A stretch of 64,000 nucleotides of DNA from contig OZ024743.1 of the NCBI GenBank assembly GCA_964016885.1, positions 132,432,001 to 132,496,000 on the forward strand. The letters run 5' to 3'. Below the pieces are notes generated by a model. The model was not told the origin of the DNA and did not search any database. It saw nothing but the letters and a program-made list of their open reading frames with translations. Numbering within the stretch: position 1 is the stretch's first letter; each line of letters begins with the position of its first letter. The position numbers and the translations under genes were made by a program. This stretch comes from Eledone cirrhosa (Eukaryota). Shown in pieces: positions 25,501 to 38,000 of this stretch.

Positions 25501-28078
25501 GTGCTTGGTGTTTTGTGTATGGTGTTTGATGCTTGGTGTTTGGTGTTTGGTGCTTGGTGCTTGGTGTTTGGTGTTTGATGCTTGGTGTTTGGTGTTTGGT
25601 GCTTGGTGCTTGGTGTTTGGTGCTTGGTGCTTGGTGTTTGTACTTGGTGCTTGGTGCTTGGTGTTTGGTGCTTGGTGTTTGTTGCTTGGTGCTTGGTGTT
25701 TGGTGCTTGGTGCTTGGTGTTTGGTGCTTGGTGCTTGGTGTTTGGTGCTTGGTGTTTGGTGCTTCATGCTTGGTGCTTGGTGTTTTGTGCTTTGTTCTTG
25801 GTGTTTGGTGCTTGGTGCCTGGTGCATGGTGTTTGTTGCTTGGTGCTTGCTGTTTGGTGTTTGGTGCTTGGTGTTTGGTGCTTGGTGCTTGATGCTTGGT
25901 GTTAGGTGTTAGGTGTTTGGTGCTTGGTGCTTGGTGCTTGGTGCTTGGTGCTTGGTGTTTGGTGCTTGCTGCTTGCTTCTTGCTGCTTGGTGTTTGGTGC
26001 TTGGTGATTGGTGCTTGGTGTTTGGTGCTTGGTGCTTGGTGCTTGGTGTTTGGTGATTGGTGCTTGGTGCTTGGTTTTTGGTGCTAGGTGCTTGGTGCTT
26101 GGTGTTTAGGGCTTGGTGTTTGGTGCTTGGTGCTTCGTGCTTGGTGTTTGGTGCTTGGTGCTTGGTGTTTGGTGTTTGGTGCTTGGTGTTTGGTGCTTGG
26201 TGCTTGGTGCTGGGTGGTAGGCGTTCGGTGCTTGGTGCTTGGTGTTTAGTGCTTGGTGCTTGGTGCTTGGTGTTTGGTGCTTGGTGCTTGGTGCTTGGTC
26301 TTTGGTGCTTGGTGTTTGGTGTTTGGTGCTTGTTGCTTGGTGTTTGGTGCTTGGTGCTTGGTGATTAGTGTTTGGTGCTTGGTGCTTGGGGTTTGGTGTT
26401 TGGTTCTTGGTGCTTGGTGTTTGGTGCTTGGTGCTTGGTGTTTGGTGCTTGGTATTTGGTGTTTGCTGTTTGGTGTTTGGTGTTTGGTATTTGGTGTTTG
26501 CTGTTTGCTGTTTGGTGTCTGCTTTTTGGTGTTTGGTGTTTGCTCTATGGTGTTTGCTGTTTGGTGTTTGGTGTTTGGTGTTTGGTGTTTCCTATTTGGT
26601 CTTTAGTCTTTCGTGCTTGGTGTTTGGTGCTTGGTGCTTGGTATTTGGTGTTTGGTGCTTGGTGCTTGGTGTTTGGTGCTTGGTGCTTGGTGCTTGTTGT
26701 TTGGTGTTTGGTGTTTGGTGTTTGGTGCTTGGTGCTTGGTGCTTGGTGCTTGGTGCTTGGTGTTTCGTGCTGCGTGCTTGGTGTTTGGTGCTTGGTGCTT
26801 GGTGCTTGGTGTTTGGTGTTTGGTGTTTGATGCTTGGTGCTTGGTGCTTGGTGTTTGGTGCTTGGTGATTGATGCTTGGTGTTTGGTGCTTGGTGCTAGG
26901 TGTTTGGTTTTTGGTGCTAGGTGCTTGGTGCTTGGTGTTTGGTGCTTGGTGTTTGGTGTTTGGTGCTTGGTGCTTGGTGCTTGGTGTTTGGTGCTTGGTT
27001 CTTGGTGCTTGGTGTTTGGTGTTTGGTGTTTGGTGTTTGGTGCTTGTTGCTTGGTGTTTGCTGCATGGTGCTTGTTGCTTGGTGTTTGTCGCTTGGTGCT
27101 TGGTGCTTGGTGTTTGGTGCTTGGTGTTTGGTGTTTGGTGCTTGGTGCTTGGTGTGTGGTGTTTGCTGTTTGCTGTTTGGTGTTTGGTGTTTGCTGTTTG
27201 CTGTTTGGTGTCTGCTTTTTCGTGTTTGGTGTTTGCTGTATGGTGTTTGCTGTTTGCTGTTTGGTGTTTGGTGCTTGGTGCTTGGTGTTTGGTGTTTGGT
27301 GCTTGGGGCTTGATGTTTGGTGTTTGGTGCTTGGTGTCTGGTGTTTGGTGCTTGGTGCTTGGTGATTAGTGTTTGGTGCTTGCTGCTTGGGGTTTGGTGT
27401 TTGGTGCTTGGTGCTTGGTGTTTGGTGCTTGGTGTTTGGTGTTTGGTGCTTGGTGTTTGGTGTTTGCTGTTTGGTGTTTGGTGTTTGGTGTTTGGTGTTT
27501 GCTGTTTGCTGTTTGGTGCTTGGGGCTTGGTGTTTGGTGCTGCATGCTTGGTGCTTGGTGCTTGGTGCTTGGTGTTTTGTGCTTGGTGCTTGGTGTTTGG
27601 TGCTTGGTGTTTGGTGCTTGGTGTTTGGTGTTTGGTGTTTGGTGCTTGGTGCTTGGTGTTTGGTGCTTGGTGCTTGGTGCTTGTTGTTTGGTGATTGGTG
27701 CTTGGTGCTTGGTGTTTGGTGTTTGGTGCTTGGGGCTTGGTGTTTGGTGCTGCATGCTTGGTGCTTGGTGCTTGGTGCTTGGTGTTTTGTGTATGGTGTT
27801 TGATGCTTGGTGTTTGGTGTTTGGTGTTTGGTGCTTGGGGCTTGGTGTTTGGTGCTGCATGCTTGGTGCTTGGTGCTTGGTGCTTGGTGTTTTGTGTATG
27901 GTGTTTGATGCTTGGTGTTTGGTGTTTGGTGCTTGGTGCTTGGTGTTTGGTGTTTGATGCTTGGTGTTTGGTGTTTGGTGATTGGTGCTTGGTGTTTGGT
28001 GCTTGGTGCTTGGTGTTTGTACTTGGTGCTTGGTGCTTGGTGTTTGGTGCTTGGTGTTTGTTGCTTGGTGCTTGGTGT
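22533..28078 (+). repeat. 5546-bp tandem duplication, copy 2
   Basis: Near-identical to 16987-22532. Visible differences include ctgctat (A at 19104) vs ctgcttt (T at 24650). Confidence 0.94.
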
Positions 28079-28547
28079 TTGGTGCTTGGTGCTTGGTGTT
28101 TGGTGCTTGGTGCTTGGTGTTTGGTGCTTGGTGTTTGGTGCTTGGTGCTTGGTGCTTGTTGTTAGGTGTTTGGTGCTTCATGCTTGGTGCTTGGTGTTTT
28201 GTGCTTTGTTCTTGGTGTTTGGTGCTTGGTGCCTGGTGCATGGTGTTTGTTGCTTGGTGCTTGGTGTTTGGTGTTTGGTGCTTGGTGTTTGGTGCTTGGT
28301 GCTTGATGCTTGGTGTTAGGTGTTAGGTGTTTGGTGCTTGGTGCTTGGTGCTTGGTGCTTGGTGTTTGGTGCTTGCTGCTTGCTTCTTGCTGCTTGGTGT
28401 TTGGTGCTTGGTGATTGGTGCTTGGTGTTTGGTGCTTGGTGCTTGGTGCTTGGTGTTTGGTGGTTGGTGCTTGGTGCTTGGTGTTTGGTGCTAGGTGCTT
28501 GGTGCTTGGTGTTTAGGGCTTGGTGTTTGGTGCTTGGTGCTTCGTGC
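25099..28547 (+). repeat. 3449-bp tandem duplication, copy 1 (overlaps the 5546-bp copy 2)
   Basis: ORF pairs at offset 3449 (25245/28694, 25421/28870, 25896/29345, 26057/29506), then 3491 (26613/30104, 27366/30857, 28320/31811). 3449 = 493 x 7 - 2, matching TTGTAC units at 25638 and 28017. Confidence 0.9.
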
Positions 28548-31500
28548 TTGGTGTTTGGTGCTTGGTGCTTGGTGTTTGGTGCTTGGTTCTTGGTGTTTGG
28601 TGCTTGGTGCTTGGTGTTTGGTGCTTGGTGCTTGGTGTTTGGTGTTTGGTGCTTGGTGTTTGGTGCTTGGTGCTTGGTGCTTGGTGGTTGGTGTTAGGTG
28701 TTTGGTGCTTGGTGCTTGGTGTTTTGTGCTTCGTGCTTGGTGTTTGGTGTTTGGTGCTTGGTGCTTGGTGTTTGGTGCTTGGTGTTTGGTGCTTGGTGTT
28801 TGGTGTTTGGTGTTTGGTGCTTGGTGCTTGGTGTTTGGTGCTTGGTGCTTGGTGCTTGTTGTTTGGTGATTGGTGCTTGGTGCTTGGTGTTTGGTGCTTG
28901 GTGCTTGGGGCTTGGTGTTTGGTGCTGCATGCTTGGTGTTTGGTGCTTGGTGCTTGGTGTTTTGTGTATGGTGTTTGATGCTTGGTGTTTGGTGTTTGGT
29001 GCTTGGTGCTTGGTGTTTGGTGTTTGATGCTTGGTGTTTGGTGTTTGGTGCTTGGTGCTTGGTGTTTGGTGCTTGGTGCTTGGTGTTTGTACTTGGTGCT
29101 TGGTGCTTGGTGTTTGGTGCTTGGTGTTTGTTGCTTGGTGCTTGGTGTTTGGTGCTTGGTGCTTGGTGTTTGGTGCTTGGTGCTTGGTGTTTGGTGCTTG
29201 GTGTTTGGTGCTTCATGCTTGGTGCTTGGTGTTTTGTGCTTTGTTCTTGGTGTTTGGTGCTTGGTGCCTGGTGCATGGTGTTTGTTGCTTGGTGCTTGCT
29301 GTTTGGTGTTTGGTGCTTGGTGTTTGGTGCTTGGTGCTTGATGCTTGGTGTTAGGTGTTAGGTGTTTGGTGCTTGGTGCTTGGTGCTTGGTGCTTGGTGC
29401 TTGGTGTTTGGTGCTTGCTGCTTGCTTCTTGCTGCTTGGTGTTTGGTGCTTGGTGATTGGTGCTTGGTGTTTGGTGCTTGGTGCTTGGTGCTTGGTGTTT
29501 GGTGATTGGTGCTTGGTGCTTGGTTTTTGGTGCTAGGTGCTTGGTGCTTGGTGTTTAGGGCTTGGTGTTTGGTGCTTGGTGCTTCGTGCTTGGTGTTTGG
29601 TGCTTGGTGCTTGGTGTTTGGTGTTTGGTGCTTGGTGTTTGGTGCTTGGTGCTTGGTGCTGGGTGGTAGGCGTTCGGTGCTTGGTGCTTGGTGTTTGGTG
29701 CTTGGTGCTTGGTGCTTGGTGTTTGGTGCTTGGTGCTTGGTGCTTGGTCTTTGGTGCTTGGTGTTTGGTGTTTGGTGCTTGTTGCTTGGTGTTTGGTGCT
29801 TGGTGCTTGGTGATTAGTGTTTGGTGCTTGGTGCTTGGTGTTTGGTGTTTGGTGCTTGTTGCTTGGTGTTTGGTGCTTGGTGCTTGGTGATTAGTGTTTG
29901 GTGCTTGGTGCTTGGGGTTTGGTGTTTGGTTCTTGGTGCTTGGTATTTGGTGTTTGCTGTTTGGTGTTTGGTGTTTGGTATTTGGTGTTTGCTGTTTGCT
30001 GTTTGGTGTCTGCTTTTTGGTGTTTGGTGTTTGCTCTATGGTGTTTGCTGTTTGGTGTTTGGTGTTTGGTGTTTGGTGTTTCCTATTTGGTCTTTAGTCT
30101 TTCGTGCTTGGTGTTTGGTGCTTGGTGCTTGGTATTTGGTGTTTGGTGCTTGGTGCTTGGTGTTTGGTGCTTGGTGCTTGGTGCTTGTTGTTTGGTGTTT
30201 GGTGTTTGGTGTTTGGTGCTTGGTGCTTGGTGCTTGGTGCTTGGTGCTTGGTGTTTCGTGCTGCGTGCTTGGTGTTTGGTGCTTGGTGCTTGGTGCTTGG
30301 TGTTTGGTGTTTGGTGTTTGATGCTTGGTGCTTGGTGCTTGGTGTTTGGTGCTTGGTGATTGATGCTTGGTGTTTGGTGCTTGGTGCTAGGTGTTTGGTT
30401 TTTGGTGCTAGGTGCTTGGTGCTTGGTGTTTGGTGCTTGGTGTTTGGTGTTTGGTGCTTGGTGCTTGGTGCTTGGTGTTTGGTGCTTGGTTCTTGGTGCT
30501 TGGTGTTTGGTGTTTGGTGTTTGGTGTTTGGTGCTTGTTGCTTGGTGTTTGCTGCATGGTGCTTGTGGCTTGGTGTTTGTCGCTTGGTGCTTGGTGCTTG
30601 GTGTTTGGTGCTTGGTGTTTGGTGTTTGGTGCTTGGTGCTTGGTGTGTGGTGTTTGCTGTTTGCTGTTTGGTGTTTGGTGTTTGCTGTTTGCTGTTTGGT
30701 GTCTGCTTTTTCGTGTTTGGTGTTTGCTGTATGGTGTTTGCTGTTTGCTGTTTGGTGTTTGGTGCTTGGTGCTTGGTGTTTGGTGTTTGGTGCTTGGGGC
30801 TTGATGTTTGGTGTTTGGTGCTTGGTGTCTGGTGTTTGGTGCTTGGTGCTTGGTGATTAGTGTTTGGTGCTTGCTGCTTGGGGTTTGGTGTTTGGTGCTT
30901 GGTGCTTGGTGTTTGGTGCTTGGTGTTTGGTGTTTGGTGCTTGGTGTTTGGTGTTTGCTGTTTGGTGTTTGGTGTTTGGTGTTTGGTGTTTGCTGTTTGC
31001 TGTTTGGTGCTTGGGGCTTGGTGTTTGGTGCTGCATGCTTGGTGCTTGGTGCTTGGTGCTTGGTGTTTTGTGCTTGGTGCTTGGTGTTTGGTGCTTGGTG
31101 TTTGGTGCTTGGTGTTTGGTGTTTGGTGTTTGGTGCTTGGTGCTTGGTGTTTGGTGCTTGGTGCTTGGTGCTTGTTGTTTGGTGATTGGTGCTTGGTGCT
31201 TGGTGTTTGGTGTTTGGTGCTTGGGGCTTGGTGTTTGGTGCTGCATGCTTGGTGCTTGGTGCTTGGTGCTTGGTGTTTTGTGTATGGTGTTTGATGCTTG
31301 GTGTTTGGTGTTTGGTGTTTGGTGCTTGGGGCTTGGTGTTTGGTGCTGCATGCTTGGTGCTTGGTGCTTGGTGCTTGGTGTTTTGTGTATGGTGTTTGAT
31401 GCTTGGTGTTTGGTGTTTGGTGCTTGGTGCTTGGTGTTTGGTGTTTGATGCTTGGTGTTTGGTGTTTGGTGATTGGTGCTTGGTGTTTGGTGCTTGGTGC

Positions 31501-32038
31501 TTGGTGTTTGTACTTGGTGCTTGGTGCTTGGTGTTTGGTGCTTGGTGTTTGTTGCTTGGTGCTTGGTGTTTGGTGCTTGGTGCTTGGTGTTTGGTGCTTG
31601 GTGCTTGGTGTTTGGTGCTTGGTGTTTGGTGCTTGGTGCTTGGTGCTTGTTGTTAGGTGTTTGGTGCTTCATGCTTGGTGCTTGGTGTTTTGTGCTTTGT
31701 TCTTGGTGTTTGGTGCTTGGTGCCTGGTGCATGGTGTTTGTTGCTTGGTGCTTGGTGTTTGGTGTTTGGTGCTTGGTGTTTGGTGCTTGGTGCTTGATGC
31801 TTGGTGTTAGGTGTTAGGTGTTTGGTGCTTGGTGCTTGGTGCTTGGTGCTTGGTGTTTGGTGCTTGCTGCTTGCTTCTTGCTGCTTGGTGTTTGGTGCTT
31901 GGTGATTGGTGCTTGGTGTTTGGTGCTTGGTGCTTGGTGCTTGGTGTTTGGTGGTTGGTGCTTGGTGCTTGGTGTTTGGTGCTAGGTGCTTGGTGCTTGG
32001 TGTTTAGGGCTTGGTGTTTGGTGCTTGGTGCTTCGTGC
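28548..32038 (+). repeat. 3449-bp tandem duplication, copy 2 (3491 bp: +77 bp local duplication, -35 bp deletion)
   Basis: TTGGTGA-TTAGTGT occurs twice, 77 bp apart (29814, 29891). The offset changes 3449 -> 3526 -> 3491. Confidence 0.88.
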
Positions 32039-35000
32039 TTGGTGTTTGGTGCTTGGTGCTTGGTGTTTGGTGTTTGGTGCTTGGTGTTTGGTGCTTGGTG
32101 CTTGGTGCTTGGTCTGTGGTGTTTGCTGTTTGCTGTTTGGTGTTTGGTGTTTGCTGTTTGGTGCTTGGTGCTTGGTGATTAGTGTTTGGTGCTTGGTGCT
32201 TGGGGTTTGGTGTTTGGTTCTTGGTGCTTGGTGTTTGGTGCTTGGTGCTTGGTGTTTGGTGCTTGGTGTTTGGTGTTTGCTGTTTGGTGTTTGGTGTTTG
32301 GTATTTGGTGTTTGCTTCTTGCTGTTTGGTGTCTGCTTTTTGGTGTTTGGTCTTTGCTCTATGGTGTTTGCTGTTTGGTGTTTGGTGTTTGGTGTTTGGT
32401 GTTTCCTATTTGGTCTTTAGTCTTTCGTGCTTGGTGTTTGGTGCTTGGTGCTTGGTATTTGGTGTTTGGTGCTTGGTGCTTGGTGTTTGGTGCTTGGTGC
32501 TTGGTGCTTGTTGTTTGGTGTTTGGTGTTTGGTGTTTGGTGCTTGGTGCTTGGTGTTTGGTGCTTGGTGCTTGGTGTTTCGTGCTGCGTGCTTGGTGTTT
32601 GGTGCTTGGTGCTTGGTGCTTGGTGTTTGGTGTTTGGTGTTTGATGCTTGGTGCTTGGTGCTTGGTGTTTGGTGTTTGGTGCTTGGTGCTTGGTGCTTGG
32701 TGCTTGGTGTTTGGTGCTTAGTGCTTGGTGTTTGGTGCATGGTGCTTGGTGTTTGGTGTTTGCTGTTTGCTGTTTGGTGTTTGCTGTTTGCTGTTTGGTG
32801 TTTGCTGTTTGGTGTTTGGTGTTTGGTGCTTGCTGTTTGGTGCTTGGTGCTTGGTGCTTGGGGCTTGATGTTTGGTGCTTGGTGCTTGGTTCTTGGTGCT
32901 TGGTGTTTGGTGCTTGGTGCTTGGTGCTGGGTGTTTGGTGCTTGGTGCATGGTGTTTGGTGCATGGTGCTTGGTGCTTGGTGTTTGTCGCTTGGTGCTTG
33001 GTGCTTGGTGTTTGGTGCTTGGTGTTTGGTGCTTGGTGCTTGGTGCTTGGTGTTTGGTGTTTGGTGTTTGATGCTTGGTGCTTGGTGCTTGGTGTTTGGT
33101 GTTTGGTGCTTGGTGCTTGGTGCTTGGTGTTTGGTGTTTGGTGCTTGGTGATTGATGCTTGGTGTTTGGTGCTTGGTGCTTGGTGTTTGGTTTTTGGTGC
33201 TAGGTGCTTGGTGCTTGGTGTTTGGTGTTTGGTGCTTGGTGTTTGGTGCTTGGTGCTTGGTGCTGGATGGTTGGTGTTTGGTGCTTGGTGCTTGGTGTTT
33301 GGTGCTTGGTGCTTGGTGCTTGGTGTTTGGTGCTTGGTGCTTGGTGTTTGGTCTTTGATGTTTGGTGTTTAGTGCTTGGTGCTTGGTGCTTGGTGTTTGG
33401 TGCTTGGTGTTTGTACTTGGTGCTTGGTGCTTGGTGTTTGGTGCTTGGTGTTTGGTGTTTGGTGTTTGGTGCTTGCTACTTGGTGTTTGGTGTTTGGTGC
33501 TTGGTGCCTGGTGCTTGTTGTTTGGTGATTGGTGCTTGGTGTTTGCTGTTTGGTGCTGCGTGCTTGGTGCTTGGTGCTTGGTGCTTGGTGCTTGGTGTTT
33601 TGTGTTTGGTGTTTGATGCTTGGTGCTTGATGCTTGGTGCTTGGTGCTTGGTGTTTGGTGCTTGGTGCTTGATGTTTGTACTTGGTGCTTGGTGCTTGGT
33701 GTTTGGTGCTTGGTGTTTGGTGCTTGGTGCTTGGTGTTTGGTGCTTGGTGCTTGGTGTTTTGTGTTTGGTGCTTGGTGTTTGGTGCTTGGTGTTTGGTAT
33801 TAGGTGTTTGGTGCTTCATGCTTGGTGCTTGGCGTTTGGTGCCATGGTGCTTGGTGTTTGGTGCTTGGTGCCTGGTGCATGGTGTTTGTTGCTTGGTGCT
33901 TGGTGTTTGGTGTTTGGTGCTTGGTGTTTGGTGCTTGGTGCTTGGTGCTTGGTGTTAGGTGTTAGGTGTTTGGTGCTTGGTGCTTGGTGTTTGGTGCTTG
34001 GTGTTTGGTGTTTGGCGCTTGCTGCTTGCTGCTTGGTGTTTGGTGCTTGGTGATTGGTGCTTGGTGTTTGGTGCTTGGTGCTTGGTGTTTGGTGCTTGGT
34101 GCTTGATGCTTGGAGTTTGGTGCTTGGTGTTTGGTGCTTGGTACTTGGGGCTTGGTGTTTGGTGCTTCGTGCTTCGTGCTTGGTGTTTGGTGCTTGGTGC
34201 TTGGTGTTTGGTGTTTGGTGCTTGGTGTTTGGTGCTTGGTGCTTGGTGCTGGGTGCTTGGCGTTTGGTGCTTGGTGCTTGGTGTTTGGTGCTTGGTGCTT
34301 GGTGCTTGGTGTTTGGTGCTTGGTACCTGGTGCTTGGTCTTTGGTGCTTGGTGTTTGGTGTTTGGTGCTTGGTGTTTGGTGCTTGGTGCTTGGTGATTAG
34401 TGTTTGGTGCTTGGTGCTTGGGGTTTGGTGTTTGGTGCTTGGGGTTTGGTCCTTGGTGCTTGGTGTTTGGTGCTTGGTGTTTGGTGTTTGCTGTTTGGTG
34501 TTTGGTGTTTGGTGTTTGGTGTTTGCTGTTTGCTGTTTGGTGTCTGCTTTTTGGTGTTTGGTGTTTGCTGTATGGTGTTTGCTGTTTCGTGTTTATTGTT
34601 TGCTGTTTGGTGTTTGGTGTTTGGTGTTTGGTGTTTCCTGTTTGGTCTTTAGTCTTTGGTGCTTGGTGTTTGGTGCTTGGTGTTGGTATTTGGTGTTTGG
34701 TGCTTGGTGCTTGGTGTTTGGTGCTTGGTGCTTGGTGCTTGTTGTTTGGTGTTTGGTGTTTGGTGTTTGGTGCTTGGTGCTTGGTGTTTGGTGCTTGGTG
34801 CTTGGTGTTTCGTGCTGCGTGCTTGGTGTTTGGTCCTTGGTGCTTGGTGCTTGCTGTTTGGTGCTTGGTGCTTGGTGTTTGGTGCTTGGTGCTTGGTGCT
34901 TGGTGTTTGGTGCTTAGTGCTTGGTGTTTGGTGCTTGGTGCTTCGTGTTTGGTGTTTGCTGTTTGCTGTTTGGTGTTTGCTGTTTGGTGTTTGGTGTTTG

Positions 35001-38000
35001 GTGCTTGCTGTTTGGTGCTTGGTGTTTGGTGCTTGGTGCTTGGTGTTTTGTGTTTGGTGCTTGGTGCTTGGGGCTTGGTGTTCGGTGCTTGGTGCTTGGT
35101 TCTTGGTGCTTGGTGTTTGGTGTTTGGTGCTTGGTCTTTGGTGTCTGGTGCTTGGTGCTTGGTGCTTGGTGTTTGGTGTTTGCTGTTTGCTGTTTGGTGT
35201 TTGCTGTTTGCTGTTTGCTGTTTGCTGTTTGGTGTCTGCTTTTTGGTGCTTGGTGTTTGCTGTATGGTGTTTGCTGTTTCATGTTTGGAGTTTGCTGTTT
35301 GCTGTTTGGTGTTTCCTGTTTGCTGTTTGGTGTTTGGTGCTTGTTGCTTAGTGCTTGGTGTTTGGTGTTTGGTGCTTGGTGCCTGGTGCTTGTTGTTTTG
35401 TGTTTGGTGCTTGGTGCTTGATGTTTGGTGTTTGGTGCTTGGTTTCTGGTGTTTGGTGCTTGGTGTTTGGTGTTTGGTGCTTGGTGCTTGGTGTTTGGTG
35501 TTTGGTGCTTGGTGCTTGGTGTTTGGTGTTTGGTGCTTGGTGTTTGGTGTTTGGTGTTTGGTGTTTGATGCTTGGAGTTTGATGCTTGGTGCTTGGTGTT
35601 TGGTGCTTGGTGCTTGGTGTTTGTACTTGGTGCTTGGTGCTTGGTGTTTGGTGCTTGGTTCTTGGTGTTTGGTGCTTGGTGTTTGGTGCTTGGTGCTTGG
35701 TGTTTGGTGTTTGGTGCTTGGTGTTTGGTGCTTGGTGCTTGGTGTTTGGTGCTTGGTGTTTGGTGCTTGGTACTTGGGGCTTGGTGTTTGGTGCTTGGTG
35801 CTTGGTGTTTGGTGCTTGTTGTTTGGTGTTTGATGCTTGGTGTTTGATGCTTGGTGCTTGGTGCTTGGTGTTTGGTGCTTGGTGCTTGGTGTTTGTACTT
35901 GGTGCTTGGTGCTTGGTGTTTGGTGCTTGGTGCTTGGTGTTTGGTGCTTGGTTCTTGGTGTTTGGTGCTTGGTGCTTGGTGTTTGGTGCTTGGTGCTTGG
36001 TGTTTGGTGTTTGGTGCTTGGTGTTTGGTTCTTGGTGCTTGGTGCTTGGTGGTTGGTGTTAGGTGTTTGGTGCTTGGTGCTTGGTGTTTTGTGCTTCGTG
36101 CTTGGTGCTTGGTGTTTGGTGCTTGGTGCTTGGTGTTTGGTGCTTGGTGTTTGGTGCTTGGTGTTTGGTGTTTGGTGTTTGGTGCTTCGTGCTTGGTGTT
36201 TGGTGCTTGGTGCTTGGTGCTTGTTGTTTGGTGATTGGTGCTTGGTGCTTGGTGTTTGGTGTTTGGTGCTTGGGGCTTGGTCTTTGGTGCTGCATGCTTG
36301 GTGCTTGGTGCTTGGTGCTTGGTGTTTTGTGTTTGGTGTTTGATGCTTGGTGTTTGGTGTTTGGTGCTTGGTGCTTGGTGTTTGGTGTTTGATGCTTGGT
36401 GTTCGGTGTTTGGTGCTTGGTGCTTGGTGTTTGGTGCTTGGTGCTTGGTGTTTGTACTTGGTGCTTGGTGCTTGGTGTTTGGTGCTTGGTGTTTGTTGCT
36501 TGGTGCTTGGTGTTTGGTGCTTGGTGCTTGGTGTTTGGTGCTTGGTGCTTGGTGTTTGGTGCTTGGTTTTTGGTGCTTGGTGCTTGGTGTTTGTTGTTAG
36601 GTGTTTGGTGCTTCATGCTTGGTGCCTGGTGCATGGTGTTTGTTGCTTGGTGCTTGGTGTTTGGTGTTTGGTGTTTGGTGTTTGGTGCTTGGTGCTTGAT
36701 GCTTGGTGTTAGGTGTTAGGTGTTTGGTGCTTGGTGCTTGGTGCTAGGTGCTTGGTGCTTGGTGTTTGGTGCTTGCTGCTTGCTTCTTGCTGCTTGGTGT
36801 TTGGTGCTTGGTGATTGATGCTTGGTGTTTGGTGCTTGGTGCTTGGTGCTTGGTGTTTTGTGGTTGGTGCTTGGTGCTTGGTGTTTGGTGCTAGGTGCTT
36901 GGTGCTTGGTGTTTAGGGCTTGGTGTTTGGTGCTTGGTGCTTCGTGCTTGGTGTTTGGTGCTTGGTGCTTGGTGTTTGGTGTTTGGTGCTTGGTGTTTGG
37001 TGCTTGGTGCTTGGTGCTGGGTGGTTGGCGTTCGGTGCTTGGTGCTTGGTGTTTGGTGCTTGGTGCTTGGTGCTTGGTGTTTGGTGCTTGGTGCTTGGTG
37101 CTTGGTCTTTGGTGCTTGGTGTTTGGTGTTTGGTGCTTGTTGCTTGGTGTTTGGTGCTTGGTGCTTGGTGTTAGTGTTTGGTGCTTGGTGCTTGGGGTTT
37201 GTTGTTTGGTTCTTGGTGCTTGGTGTTTGGTGCTTGGTGCTTGGTGTTTGGTGCTTGGTGTTTGGTGTTTGCTGTTTGGTGTTTGGTGTTTGGTATTTGG
37301 TGTTTGCTGTTTGCTGTTTGGTGTCTGCTTTTTGGTGTTTGGTGTTTGCTCTATGGTGTTTGCTGTTTGGTGTTTGGTGTTTCCTATTTGGTCTTTAGTC
37401 TTTCGTGCTTGGTGTTTGGTGCTTGGTGCTTGGTATTTGGTGTTTGGTGCTTGGTGCTTGGTGTTTGGTGCTTGGTGCTTGGTGCTTGTTGTTTGGTGTT
37501 TGGTGTTTGGTGTTTGGTGCTTGGTGCTTGGTGTTTGGTGCATGGTGCTTGGTGTTTCGTGCTGCGTGCTTGGTGTTTGGTGCTTGGTGCTTGGTGCTTG
37601 GTGTTTGGTGTTTGGTGTTTGATGTTTGGTGCTTGGTGCTTGGTGTTTGGTGCTTGGTGATTGATGCTTGGTGTTTGGTGCTTGGTGCTAGGTGTTTGGT
37701 TTTTGGTGCTAGGTGCTTGGTGCTTGGTGTTTGGTGCTTGGTGTTTGGTGTTTGGTGCTTGGTGCTTGGTGCTTGGTGTTTGGTGCTTGGTTCTTGGTGC
37801 TTGGTGTTTGGTGTTTGGTGTTTGGTGCTTGGTGTTTGGTGCTTGGTGCTTGGTGCTGGGAGTTTGGTGCTTGGTGCTTGGTGTTTGCTGCATGGTGCTT
37901 GGTGCTTGGTGTTTGTCGCTTGGTGCTTGGTGCTTGGTGTTTGGTGCTTGGTGTTTGGTGTTTGGTGCTTGGTGCTTGGTCTGTGGTGTTTGCTGTTTGC

